From Acidimicrobiales bacterium (GTDB lineage Bacteria; Actinomycetota; Acidimicrobiia; Acidimicrobiales; GCA-2861595): a DNA stretch of 64,000 nucleotides. Numbering within the stretch: the first letter of the stretch is position 1; each line of letters starts with the position of its first letter. The notes under the pieces are model-generated. The model searched no databases, was not told the origin of the DNA, and saw only the letters and a program-made list of their open reading frames with translations. The stretch covers positions 8,678 to 72,677 of the forward strand of contig DATAIT010000031.1 of the NCBI GenBank assembly GCA_036262515.1, in the 5' to 3' direction. Below are positions 34,919 to 43,911 of the stretch, piece by piece. Position numbers and translations under genes: made by a program.

Positions 34919-35875
34919 ATGCGCGTGGTCGTCACCGGCGGGGCCGGGTTCATCGGAGCCAACCTGTGCCGAGTGCTGGGCGACGTTCCCGGCGTCTCGG
35001 AGGTCGTCGTGATCGACGATCTCTCCACCGGCTTCGCGTCGAACCTCGACGGCCTCGCCCACGTCGAGCTGGTGCAGGGCACCATCCTCGACGCCGACGT
35101 GCTGGACAAGGCGTTCGTCGGCGCCGAGGCCGTCGTGCACCTGGCGGCCCGGTCCTCGGTCCCCCGGTCGCTCGACGACCCGGTCGCGACCCACGCGGCC
35201 AACGCCACCGGCACGCTAGAGGTCCTCGAGGCGGCGCGGCGGGCCGGCGCTCCCTACGTCGTGCTGGCGTCCTCCTCGTCCGTGTACGGCGCCAACCCGG
35301 CCCAGCCGAAGTCGGAAGACCTCACCCCCATGCCCATGAGCCCCTACGCCGTGAGCAAGCTGGCGGGCGAGTCCTATGCGCTGGCCCACGCCACCTGCTT
35401 CGACCTGCCCGTCCTGGCCCTGCGGTTCTTCAACGTGTTCGGCCCCCTCCAGGCACCCCACCACACGTACGCGGCGGTGGTTCCGGCCTTCATCGACGCC
35501 GCCCTGGCCCGACGGCCCCTCCCCGTGTACGGCGACGGCCTCCAGACGCGCGACTTCACCTACGTGGACAGCGTGGCCGGCGTGCTGGTCGACGCCGTGA
35601 CCCGGCGGGTCGTGAGCCCCCGTCCGGTCAACCTCGCCTTCGGCACGCGCGTCACCCTGCTGGAGCTGATCGCCGAGCTCGAGGCCATCCTGGGCCACCG
35701 GCTCGACGCCCATCACCTCCCGCCCCGCGCCGGCGACGTCCGGGCCTCGCAGGCCGATCAGACCCGCCTCCACGCCCTGTTCCCCGAGGCCCGCCGCGTC
35801 GACCTGGCCACCGGTCTGCGGGCGACGCTCGAGTGGTTCCGCTCGACCGGGTCCGGTGCTGGCTCCGGCACCTGA
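34919..35875 (+). CDS. NAD-dependent nucleotide-sugar epimerase/dehydratase (SDR)
   Basis: ATG 34919 in the frame of ORF 34373-35875. Motifs: MRVVVTGGAGFIGANL (GxxGxxG), SSSSVYG, YAVSK (YxxxK). Confidence 0.9.
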   Translation: MRVVVTGGAGFIGANLCRVLGDVPGVSEVVVIDDLSTGFASNLDGLAHVELVQGTILDADVLDKAFVGAEAVVHLAARSSVPRSLDDPVATHAANATGTLEVLEAARRAGAPYVVLASSSSVYGANPAQPKSEDLTPMPMSPYAVSKLAGESYALAHATCFDLPVLALRFFNVFGPLQAPHHTYAAVVPAFIDAALARRPLPVYGDGLQTRDFTYVDSVAGVLVDAVTRRVVSPRPVNLAFGTRVTLLELIAELEAILGHRLDAHHLPPRAGDVRASQADQTRLHALFPEARRVDLATGLRATLEWFRSTGSGAGSGT

Positions 35876-35894
35876 CCGGGACCGCAACGCGCGA

Positions 35895-36506
35895 CTAGCC
35901 GGAACGGGCACGGGCGGGCACCCCGACGACCACGAGCCTCTCGCCGACGTCGCGCGTCACGACCGCGCCGGCGCCCACGAACGTTCCCCGGCCCACGCCG
36001 AGGTTCTGGAGGATGACCGCATTGCTGCCCACGGTGACGTCCTCGTCGAGGCGGACGGTGCCGGCCACGTTGGCGCCGGGGTACACGGTGACGAAGTCCG
36101 ACAGCACGGCGTCGTGGCCCACCGTGGCGTTGTACTGGACGTGCACGTGGGCGCCCAGCCGCACGCTGCTCGACACGTGCGCCCCGGCCATCACCACGCA
36201 CCCGGGACCCACCGTCGTGTCGGGCCCGATCACGGCACGGGGGTGAACGACAGTGGCAACCTCGAGGCCCTGGGCGACCAGGAGACCGGCCAGGCGCCGG
36301 CGGGCCGCCGGGTCGGCGATGCCGATCACGAAGGCGGCGCCGGCCGGCGCCTCGGACGGCGCCAGCACGGGCAGGCCGCGCACGGTGGACCCCGCGAGCC
36401 GGTCGTCGAGGAATCCGGCCGCTCCGGCGCCCGACGCCAGGGCCACGTCGAGCGTCTCCCGGCCCGCTCCACCCGCACCCACCACGTACAGCGCCACGCC
36501 CGACAT
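35895..36506 (-). CDS. NeuD/PglD-family sugar N-acetyltransferase (left-handed beta-helix)
   Basis: ATG 36506 (MSGVALYVVGAGGAGRE Rossmann-like N-domain). Followed by hexapeptide repeats IGPDTTVGPGCVVMAGAHVSSSVRLGAHVHVQYNATVGHDAVLSDFVTVYPGANV. Confidence 0.85.
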   Translation of the reverse strand: MSGVALYVVGAGGAGRETLDVALASGAGAAGFLDDRLAGSTVRGLPVLAPSEAPAGAAFVIGIADPAARRRLAGLLVAQGLEVATVVHPRAVIGPDTTVGPGCVVMAGAHVSSSVRLGAHVHVQYNATVGHDAVLSDFVTVYPGANVAGTVRLDEDVTVGSNAVILQNLGVGRGTFVGAGAVVTRDVGERLVVVGVPARARSG

Positions 36507-36605
36507 CCTGCCGGGCGCCGGTATCGTCCGGGCGCATGGTCGATCGACGCGGCGGCCGCCCCGGCCGGCGGCCTCGTCGCCCAACGAGCGGCCGGTGAAC
36601 CGGCG

Positions 36606-37421
36606 GTGAGCGTCACGTGCAGCGTCATCGTGCCGACCCACGACCGGCCCGCCATGCTGGCGGACGCAGTCCTGTCGGTGCTGGGCCAGCGGGTCAGCAC
36701 CGTCGAGTGCATCGTGGTCGACGACGGGAGCCGGCCGCCGGTCGATCTCGCCGGCGATCGGCGGCTCGTCGTCCTCCGCCGACCCGATGCGGGCGGGCCG
36801 GCGGCGGCGCGCAACATGGGTCTGTCGGCGGCAACGGGCGACGTGGTCGCCTTCCTCGACGACGACGACGTGCTCGTGCCCGAGCGCCTCGACCTCGCCC
36901 TCGCCGGGCTCGAGCGGGCGCCGGTGGCGATCTGCGCCGACGCGCCGCTCGACGACCCGGGGGCGTCGGGCAGTGGCCGGCGGCTCGAGGGGCGGGTGCA
37001 CGACGTGATCCTGGACGCCACGACGCCCCAGCTCGGCGCCACGGCCGTCCGGCGCAGCGACGTCGTGGCCTTCGACGAGGCGTACCTGGGGTGCGAGGAC
37101 GTCGACTGGTGGCTGCGGATGAGCGAGCGCGCCGCCGTCACCACCGTGGCCAGGGTCGGGCTCCTCGTCCGCCGCCACGGCGGCGACCGGGGCCTGGCAG
37201 GCACGCGCGCCCGCATCGACGGCAGCCTGCGGCTGCTCGACCAGCACGGCGCCTACTTCGCCACCCATCCGCGGGCACTTGCCTTCCGGTGGCGGCGGAT
37301 CGGCATCATGGCCGCCTCCGTCGGCGATCACGCCGAGGCACGGCGGGCCCAGGTCCGATCACTGCGAGCTCGTCCCAGCGTCCGCTCGGCGGTTCACCTC
37401 GCCCGCACCCTTCGAGCGTGA
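36606..37421 (+). CDS. glycosyltransferase family 2
   Basis: GTG 36606. Motifs: CSVIVPTHDRPAMLADAVLSVLGQ, IVVDDGS, ARNMGLSAATGDVVAFLDDDD (DxD). Confidence 0.85.
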   Translation: MSVTCSVIVPTHDRPAMLADAVLSVLGQRVSTVECIVVDDGSRPPVDLAGDRRLVVLRRPDAGGPAAARNMGLSAATGDVVAFLDDDDVLVPERLDLALAGLERAPVAICADAPLDDPGASGSGRRLEGRVHDVILDATTPQLGATAVRRSDVVAFDEAYLGCEDVDWWLRMSERAAVTTVARVGLLVRRHGGDRGLAGTRARIDGSLRLLDQHGAYFATHPRALAFRWRRIGIMAASVGDHAEARRAQVRSLRARPSVRSAVHLARTLRA

Positions 37422-38437
37422 CGGAGAACGCCGGTCCGGCGGCACCGGCTCTCGGGCGCCGCCTCGATGCGGCCGGCATCGGACTGGTCGTGGCGTCGGT
37501 CGCCTGGACGGCATGGACGGCCCGCGCGTCGATCGCCGACGCCGCGCCGGTCGCCGCCCTCCAGACCGGCTGCGCCGCGGCCTACGCGACCGCCCGGTGG
37601 GTGTCCGTGCGGGCGCGGGCGGCGGTGCCGCTGGCCGCGCTGGCCCTCGGCGGCGGCGTCCTCGTCCTCGGGACCGTGCTCCCCCGCCTGGGTCGTACCG
37701 GGTACGAGAACGCCGATGCATCGCTGTGCGTGCAGCTGGCCATCGCCGGCGCCATGGCGGCGCGTGCGCTGCACCCGGGACGACCGGCGTGGGCGGCCGG
37801 CGGGGTGGCCGCCGTGTTCGCCCTGGCCACCGGCCTCAGCGGCTCGGTCGCCGCCATCGTCGCCCTCGCCCTGGTGGCCCTGCTGCGCACCGCCGGTGCG
37901 GCACGCATGCCGGCATTGGCCGTCGGCCTCGGCGCCATCGCGGTGGTCGCCGTCGTGGCCGGAACCGCCTTCGTCGCCGTGGCCCGTGTCTCGGGTGTCG
38001 CGCCGGGCGTCGTGGCCGACGTCGGGCACGCCGCCGACGCCCGGCGGGTGGCGCTGTGGGCCGACGCCGCCTCCATCGCCCATGCCCACCCGTGGGCGGG
38101 CGCGGGCCCGGGGCGGTTCGAGCGGCTGAGCCCCACCGCGCGACAGGACCGCGACGCCCGGTGGGCCCACAGCGACTTCCTCCAGCAGGCGGCCGAGGGC
38201 GGCGCCGTGGCCATGGCCCTGCTGCTCGCAGCCTTCGGTTGGGGGTTCGCCCGGGTGTGGGCGGCGGCGGTCGACGACCCCGCCGCCGTGCTCGGCGCCA
38301 TGGCCCTGACCGCCCTCGGCATGCACGGGGCCGTCGACTACGTCCTGCGGTTCCCGCTGTTGACCATGACCGCCGTCGCCCTGGTCGGCGCCGCTACGGC
38401 TCCCCGTCCGGCTCGGGCAGCGGGAATCCCTGGTTGA
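37418..38437 (+). CDS. O-antigen ligase-like (Wzy_C domain) membrane protein
   Basis: GTG 37418 overlaps the GT2 stop (GTGA). Polytopic. The loop GAGPGRFERL...RWAHSDFLQQAAEGGAVAMALLL matches the Wzy_C/WaaL-type periplasmic loop pattern (AH-x-x-[FY]L). The 3-prime end overlaps the convergent sugar transferase by 44 nt. Confidence 0.7.
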   Translation: MTENAGPAAPALGRRLDAAGIGLVVASVAWTAWTARASIADAAPVAALQTGCAAAYATARWVSVRARAAVPLAALALGGGVLVLGTVLPRLGRTGYENADASLCVQLAIAGAMAARALHPGRPAWAAGGVAAVFALATGLSGSVAAIVALALVALLRTAGAARMPALAVGLGAIAVVAVVAGTAFVAVARVSGVAPGVVADVGHAADARRVALWADAASIAHAHPWAGAGPGRFERLSPTARQDRDARWAHSDFLQQAAEGGAVAMALLLAAFGWGFARVWAAAVDDPAAVLGAMALTALGMHGAVDYVLRFPLLTMTAVALVGAATAPRPARAAGIPG

Positions 38438-38987
38438 CGCCGCCGGGCCCCGTGATGCCCTCCCGTCGCACCAGGTTGAGGATGGTGCGGAACAGGATGC
38501 GCACGTCGAGGGCCAGGGTCCGGTTGTCGATGTACCAGATGTCGAGCTCGATGCGCTCGGGCCACGTGATGCTGTTGCGGCCCTTCACCTGCGCGTACCC
38601 GGTGATCCCCGGTCGCATCTCGAGGCGGCGTCGCTGATGGGCGCTGTAGTGAACCACCTGTTCGGGAAGGGTGGGCCGCGGCCCGATCAGGCTCATCTCG
38701 CCCCGGAACACGTTGAGGAGCTGCGGCAGCTCGTCAAGGCTGGTGCTCCGCAGCAGCGCACCCACCCTGGTCAGGCGGGCGGCGTCGGGCTCGTCGGGAT
38801 ACCGGGGAGGGCGCATGGTGCGGAACTTGGCGATGGAGAACTCCTCGCCATGCAGGCCGCTGCGCTGCTGGCGGAACAGCACGGGCCCGCCCATGGTCAG
38901 CCGGATGGCGACGGCGATGAGGGCGGCCAGCGGCGACAGCACCACGGTGGCCACCGTGGCCACGACGAGATCCACCCCCCGCCTCAC
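38394..38987 (-). CDS. small monotopic phosphoglycosyl transferase (bacterial sugar transferase, PglC/WbaP-C type)
   Basis: GTG 38987 overlaps the upstream stop (GTGA). Motifs: LVVATVATVVLSPLAALIAVAI, PVLFRQQRSGLHGEEFSIAKFRTM, LRSTSLDELPQLLNVFRGEMSLIGPRP, GITGYAQV. Confidence 0.9.
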   Translation of the reverse strand: MRRGVDLVVATVATVVLSPLAALIAVAIRLTMGGPVLFRQQRSGLHGEEFSIAKFRTMRPPRYPDEPDAARLTRVGALLRSTSLDELPQLLNVFRGEMSLIGPRPTLPEQVVHYSAHQRRRLEMRPGITGYAQVKGRNSITWPERIELDIWYIDNRTLALDVRILFRTILNLVRREGITGPGGVNQGFPLPEPDGEP

Positions 38988-40108
38988 GGGTGCCCCCAGG
39001 CGAGCCGGCGGCGACGGGCGACCAGCCGGTAGGTGTCGATCGAGGCCTGCGCCACGTCCCGCTGGTCGAAGGCATCCGCGGCACGTGTGGCGGCGGCCCG
39101 GCCCAGACGGGCGCGGAGGTCCGGGTCTGCCAGCAAGGTGTCGACGGCGGTGGTGAGGGCGGCCGCGTCGGCGGGCGGTACGAGCAGGACGTGCCGGTCG
39201 TGCTCGCCCACCTCGCGGCAGCCGCGGATGTCGCTCAGCACCATGGGCCTGCCACAGGCCGCCGCCTCCATGGCCGAGCGGGAGAACCCCTCCCGGTAGG
39301 ACGGCAGGACGAAGACGTCGAGCGCCGAGTACACCGCCGGCATGTCGGAGCGCCCGCCCACGAAGTCGAGGCCGGCGGGCGACACGCTCTCGCCATCATC
39401 CGGGCCGACCCAGACGAAGCGGGCCTTGCCGGCGAGGGCACGGGCGGCGGACGCCAGCTCGTGCAGGCCCTTCTCGGCCACCCGGCGGCCGACGCCGCCG
39501 ACCAGCAGCTCGTCCGGCCCAACGCCGAGCTCGGCCCGTACCGCGTCCCTGCCGTCCGGGTCGAACCGGAAGCGGGCGAGGTCCACGCCGTTGCCGACCA
39601 CGCGTGCCCGGCGGGGCCCTACGAAGAATCGCAGGGCCCGTCGGTCGTCGGCGTTCTGGTACAGCTCGAAGTGGGCGAAGGCCGACGCCAGGGCCTCGAC
39701 GCCGACGACGAGGGACCGCTTCAGTCGCCCATCGCCCTCCCGCATCCACAGGCCGTGGCAGGTGTCCACGACGACGGGGACGCCGGCCAGGCGGCCGAGG
39801 ACGCGCCCGAGCACCCCGGCTTTGGGCGTGTGCGTGTGGAGGACGTCCGGCCGGAGTCTGCGGAGGGTGCGGTAGAGCTCGACGGCTGCGGCCGCGTCAC
39901 TGCGCACGTCCCACGCTCTGGTGAAGCGCACGGAGAGGTGGGTGACGCCGATCGCCTCCACGGCCGCCACGTACGGACCGGGGGCCGAGATCCCCACCAC
40001 GTCGAGGCCGGCCTCCACGTCCACCCGGAGCTCGCACGCCAGCAGCAGCGCCAGGCTCATGTCGACGGTGGTCAGGTGGGCCACGGTGACCCGACCGCCG
40101 TCAGGCAT
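38984..40108 (-). CDS. glycosyltransferase family 4
   Basis: ATG 40108 (MPDGGRVTVAHLTTVD). GT4 C-domain VFVLPSYREGFSRSAMEAAACGRPMVLSDIRG (E-x7-E). Confidence 0.9.
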   Translation of the reverse strand: MPDGGRVTVAHLTTVDMSLALLLACELRVDVEAGLDVVGISAPGPYVAAVEAIGVTHLSVRFTRAWDVRSDAAAAVELYRTLRRLRPDVLHTHTPKAGVLGRVLGRLAGVPVVVDTCHGLWMREGDGRLKRSLVVGVEALASAFAHFELYQNADDRRALRFFVGPRRARVVGNGVDLARFRFDPDGRDAVRAELGVGPDELLVGGVGRRVAEKGLHELASAARALAGKARFVWVGPDDGESVSPAGLDFVGGRSDMPAVYSALDVFVLPSYREGFSRSAMEAAACGRPMVLSDIRGCREVGEHDRHVLLVPPADAAALTTAVDTLLADPDLRARLGRAAATRAADAFDQRDVAQASIDTYRLVARRRRLAWGHP

Positions 40109-40892
40109 GGGCTCCCAGCCGCTTGGCCACCGTGACGGCGGCGCCGTACGCCCGCTCGGGCAGGAGCCGCCCGCACAGCTTGGCCGTGAAGAACTCGATG
40201 GGGTCGCTGCGCCGTACCGGGATCCGGCGCAGGACGATGGGATCGCAGCCGGGAAGGTTGCGGCCCAACCGGCCGGTGGCGGCCGAGCGGAACCGGGCCC
40301 GGAGCGCCTCGTGCATCGCCGGCACGTCGATCCCCCACGTGTAGGCGAAGTGCCGGGGCCGGGCACCTTCGCCCAGATGCGCCTCGACGGCGTCGGAGCA
40401 CCGGTCGAGCTCGTCGGTGGTGAGGCCGTCCGGGCGGGGATGGGTGAAGGTGTGGTTCCCCACCGTGCACAGTCCCGACGCCGCCATCTCCGAGAGCTGC
40501 GCCCACGTCAGCCCGCTCCCTGCCTGGCGGGCGGTCGAGCCCTCCCAGTGCATGGTGGCGCCGACGTGTCCTGCGGCCAGGTACAGGGTGAACGGCAGGG
40601 CCCGATCCCGCAGGAGCGGCCAGGCGTGCTCGTGGACGTCGGCGAACCCGTCGTCGAAGGTCAGCACCACGCTGGGCCGGCGGTCACCGGCGTCGAGGCG
40701 GTCGAGGGCGACATCGAGTGGCACCACGTCGTGAGCCGTGAGCGCGTCCATCTGGGCCGCGAACGCCGGCGCCGGCAGGTCCCGCTCGTCGGGAGAGCCG
40801 CCGCCGACTCGGTGGTAGATCAGCAGGCTGGCGCCGCTGGCGGCGGCCCGGCCGCCCGCCCGCGAGAGCTGGCGCTTCAGGGCGGTGCGCAT
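40101..40892 (-). CDS. polysaccharide deacetylase (CE4/NodB-type)
   Basis: Motifs: LLIYHRV, VVLTFDDGFADVHEHAWPLL, FTLYLAAG, TFTHP. Confidence 0.85.
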   Translation of the reverse strand: MRTALKRQLSRAGGRAAASGASLLIYHRVGGGSPDERDLPAPAFAAQMDALTAHDVVPLDVALDRLDAGDRRPSVVLTFDDGFADVHEHAWPLLRDRALPFTLYLAAGHVGATMHWEGSTARQAGSGLTWAQLSEMAASGLCTVGNHTFTHPRPDGLTTDELDRCSDAVEAHLGEGARPRHFAYTWGIDVPAMHEALRARFRSAATGRLGRNLPGCDPIVLRRIPVRRSDPIEFFTAKLCGRLLPERAYGAAVTVAKRLGAHA

Positions 40893-40990
40893 GGCCCTGC
40901 AGGGTAGGCCCGGTCGCCCGAGGCCACCGCGCCACCCGGGGGAAACGGGGACGGGGTTGGTCGGTTGCGACCGTTACGGCGCGACGGGAG

Positions 40991-41488
40991 CTAGCCGGCG
41001 ACCTTCGAGCCGAGCAGCGGGGTGCCGTCGGCGGCGACGACGAAGCACGTGACGGCACGGTCGTCCTTGCTCGTCCAGCTGTCGTCACTCGGGACCAGGA
41101 AGGTGAGATCGAGGTTCCTCGCCGGGTCGTAGGCGCCGAAGGTGCCCTCCCAGCGAGACGCACACTGCTCGCCGGCACTCGACTGGACGGCGTCGACTCC
41201 GGGGAACGCGCCGTCGCCGGTGAGGGTGAGCTCGGCGTACACCTGGGCGTCGTGGGGCGAGTCGCACGGCACACCCTCGACGGAGACGACCTTCTGGGTG
41301 CCGGGGTCGGGAAGCTGCACGCAGTCTCCGTGCCGCACGGCGAAGGCACCCAGACCGCCGGACTCGACGATGGCGCCGGCGTCGTCGCGAGTGGTCTTGT
41401 CCTCCATCGCGTTCGTGCCGGCGAACACGGCGATACCGCTGGCCACGAGGCCGCCGATGACTCTCTTCGAGATGGACACGTGTCTCAC
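40991..41488 (-). CDS. membrane-anchored extracytoplasmic protein (possibly septum-formation family)
   Basis: N-terminal anchor VIGGLVASGIAVFAG, then a 130-aa domain with 4 Cys (GDCVQLP...VPCDSPHDAQVY...EQCASRW...VTCFVV). This resembles the actinobacterial Septum_form pattern. The call is tentative. Confidence 0.45.
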   Translation of the reverse strand: MRHVSISKRVIGGLVASGIAVFAGTNAMEDKTTRDDAGAIVESGGLGAFAVRHGDCVQLPDPGTQKVVSVEGVPCDSPHDAQVYAELTLTGDGAFPGVDAVQSSAGEQCASRWEGTFGAYDPARNLDLTFLVPSDDSWTSKDDRAVTCFVVAADGTPLLGSKVAG

Positions 41489-41577
41489 TCCCCGTCTGGT
41501 CTGGCAAAGACCATCGGTTCGTGGGGGAGAGTTGATAGCGAGCCACGAAGAAAACGGGCCGTGACCGCCGCCACCCT

Positions 41578-42684
41578 TCAGGAGCCGGCCGCCGCCTCCG
41601 CGAATGCATCGAGGTAGTCGTCGGCGACGGGTCCGATGGCGAACTGCTCGGTACAGCGGCTCGCCGCCGACGCGCCCATCGCCATGCGCCGGGCGTCGTC
41701 GGCCAGGAGCGACGACACGGCGGCCGACGCGGCAGCGTCGTCACCGGGCGCCACCAGGACGCCGGACTCGCCGTCCACCACCACCTCGGCCACCCCGGCG
41801 ATACGGTCGGCCACGACGGCCACGCCGCACAAACCCGCTTCGATCACCACCGCCGGCATCCCTTCCATGCCGTCGGGACGGCTGCAGAGCAGCAGCACGT
41901 CGGCGGCGCCGAGGACCACGCCGACGTCACCACGAGCGGGGAGCAGCCGCACGGTGGCGTCGCCGGCGGCGGCGGCCCGCACCGCGTCGGCCAACGGACC
42001 GTCACCGACGAGCAGGTGGACGCCACCGCCGTGGCCCGACCGGCTGGCGGCCGTGATGCGCAGGGCCCGCATCGGGTCCTTCTCCCATGAGAGCGAGCCG
42101 AGGGACAGCACGACGCGAGCGTCCGCTTCGACACCGACGGCGGCCCGGCACGCCGCCCGGTCGGGCCTGGCCATCCGATCCGGGTCGACGCCGTTCGGCA
42201 CGGTCCGCACGCGCGGCGGCGGAAGTCCGAACACGTCGAGCGTCTCGTCGCGCACGGCCTCGGCCACGCACAGGACGAGGGCGGCGCGACCCATGAGCCA
42301 TCGATGCCAGAGCCGGCGCGGGCCCGTGGTGATCGAGGGCGGAGCGGCGCCGATGCGCCGGTAGACGATGGGCCCGGCGCCGGCCAGCACGGCGGCGCGG
42401 AGGGCCTCGCCTCCGTGCGCGCACACGACGACCCCCCGACCCCGAGCGACGCTGCGGCGCAGTCCCCATACGGCCCACGCCGCCGCACGGGCGGCTGCGG
42501 GCGGGCACGCCAGCACGGTGGTGGGGGCGGCGAACTCGACCTTCGCGCCGCCGCCCCGGCGCAGGGCCACGACCTCCTGATGGGCGCCGCGATCGGCCAG
42601 AGCCCGGACCAGGTCGGCGGCGAAGACCTCGGCGCCGCGCCGCTGGTCCGAGGCCACGACGTGCACCACCCGCACGTCGGTCAC
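41578..42684 (-). CDS. glycosyltransferase family 4
   Basis: GTG 42684 overlaps the upstream stop (GTGA). Motifs: VRVVHVVASDQRRGAEVFA and LLLCSRPDGMEGMPAVVIEAGLCGVAVVADRIAG. Confidence 0.85.
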   Translation of the reverse strand: MTDVRVVHVVASDQRRGAEVFAADLVRALADRGAHQEVVALRRGGGAKVEFAAPTTVLACPPAAARAAAWAVWGLRRSVARGRGVVVCAHGGEALRAAVLAGAGPIVYRRIGAAPPSITTGPRRLWHRWLMGRAALVLCVAEAVRDETLDVFGLPPPRVRTVPNGVDPDRMARPDRAACRAAVGVEADARVVLSLGSLSWEKDPMRALRITAASRSGHGGGVHLLVGDGPLADAVRAAAAGDATVRLLPARGDVGVVLGAADVLLLCSRPDGMEGMPAVVIEAGLCGVAVVADRIAGVAEVVVDGESGVLVAPGDDAAASAAVSSLLADDARRMAMGASAASRCTEQFAIGPVADDYLDAFAEAAAGS

Positions 42685-43790
42685 GCCAGAGCCCGCTGGT
42701 ACAAGCCGGCCATCTGGGCGACCACGGCATCGGCGGTGTACCGCTCGTCGAACCTTCGTCTCGCCGCCGCGATGGACGCGGCCGGCGGTTGCCGGAGCAC
42801 GCCCACAACCGCCCGGGCGAGGGCCATCGGCTCGTCGGGCGGCACGAAGGCGGCATGGCCGTCCAGAACCTCACGGGTGGCGGGGAGGTCGCTCGTCACG
42901 ACGGCGACCTCGAGCGCCATCGCCTCCAGCAGCGTCCCGCCCACACCTTCCCACCGCGACGGGAAGGCGAAGACGTCGGCGGCACACAGCAGGTCGGGGA
43001 CATCGGAGCGGTCGCCGAGCAGGTCGGCACCGACGGCGGCCGCCCGGGCACGCACGTCGGCCGACGCCGAGCCGTCCCGCCCGGCGATCAGCAGGCGGGC
43101 GCCCGGCACCTCGGCGATCACCTCCGGCCAGGCTTCGAGCAGGACGTCGAGACCCTTCTGGCGCTCCTGGCGGGCGGCGGCGAACACCAGTGGCTCCTCG
43201 GGGCCGATGCCCAGGGCGGCACGCACCGACGCCCGCCGCTCGGGCGTCCGCGTGCCGAGGGCCTGGGGGTCACGCCCGCGCGGCACCACCTCGATGCGCG
43301 AGGACGAAAGGCGGAGCCGCCGCGCCATCTCGCGAGCCACGTGGTCGCTGATGGCATGGAACCGCCGGACCCTGCGCGCCGTCAGCATGTCGACGAGCTG
43401 CGACGTCCGGATCTTCCACACCGGCACGCCCGACCGGGTCAGATGGCCGGGGCCGTACGAGTCGTTCACCAGGCTGCACACCAGGGCCGGGCCCCGGCGC
43501 CCGACGGCCAGCCGGGCGGTGAGGTCGGCCTCGTACAGCGTGCTGTGCACGATGTCGGGACCGCGCTTTGCGACGACGGCGCGCAGCTCCACGGCCCGGC
43601 CCCGGCGCGTCGCGCTGGCCAGCACGGACACGGGTACGACGGCCTCCACGTCGGCTCGCACGCCCGGCCGGTCCAGCAGCGTCACGACCTCGAGGTCCAT
43701 GCCGTGCGGACGGTAGGCGGGCGCCATGGCGGCGAGCGACCGCTCGGCGCCCCCGTTGGCCAGGCTCTCGATCACGTACAGGACCTTCAC
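42681..43790 (-). CDS. glycosyltransferase family 4
   Basis: GTG 43790 (VKVLYVIESLANGGAERS) inside ORF 42681-44396. Motif VFAFPSRWEGVGGTLLEAMALEVAVVTSDL. Confidence 0.85.
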   Translation of the reverse strand: MKVLYVIESLANGGAERSLAAMAPAYRPHGMDLEVVTLLDRPGVRADVEAVVPVSVLASATRRGRAVELRAVVAKRGPDIVHSTLYEADLTARLAVGRRGPALVCSLVNDSYGPGHLTRSGVPVWKIRTSQLVDMLTARRVRRFHAISDHVAREMARRLRLSSSRIEVVPRGRDPQALGTRTPERRASVRAALGIGPEEPLVFAAARQERQKGLDVLLEAWPEVIAEVPGARLLIAGRDGSASADVRARAAAVGADLLGDRSDVPDLLCAADVFAFPSRWEGVGGTLLEAMALEVAVVTSDLPATREVLDGHAAFVPPDEPMALARAVVGVLRQPPAASIAAARRRFDERYTADAVVAQMAGLYQRALA

Positions 43791-43911
43791 ACGGGGCGCC
43801 GCTCTCGGGCGGCGGCGGCGCAGGTCACCGGGGCAGTATGAACGATCGCCTCCGGGCCGGCGCCGCGGCACGTGGGCAGGAACCGGCGCAGTGGCGGGTG
43901 CCGGCCCGACC

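Noticed and set aside
33538-35898. 786-aa plus-strand ORF across the DUF4012 gene and the epimerase gene
   Set aside because: It is out of frame with the real epimerase (frame of 34373-35875, start 34919) and antisense to DUF4012. Its composition is Ala/Arg/Pro/Ser-rich with no motifs.
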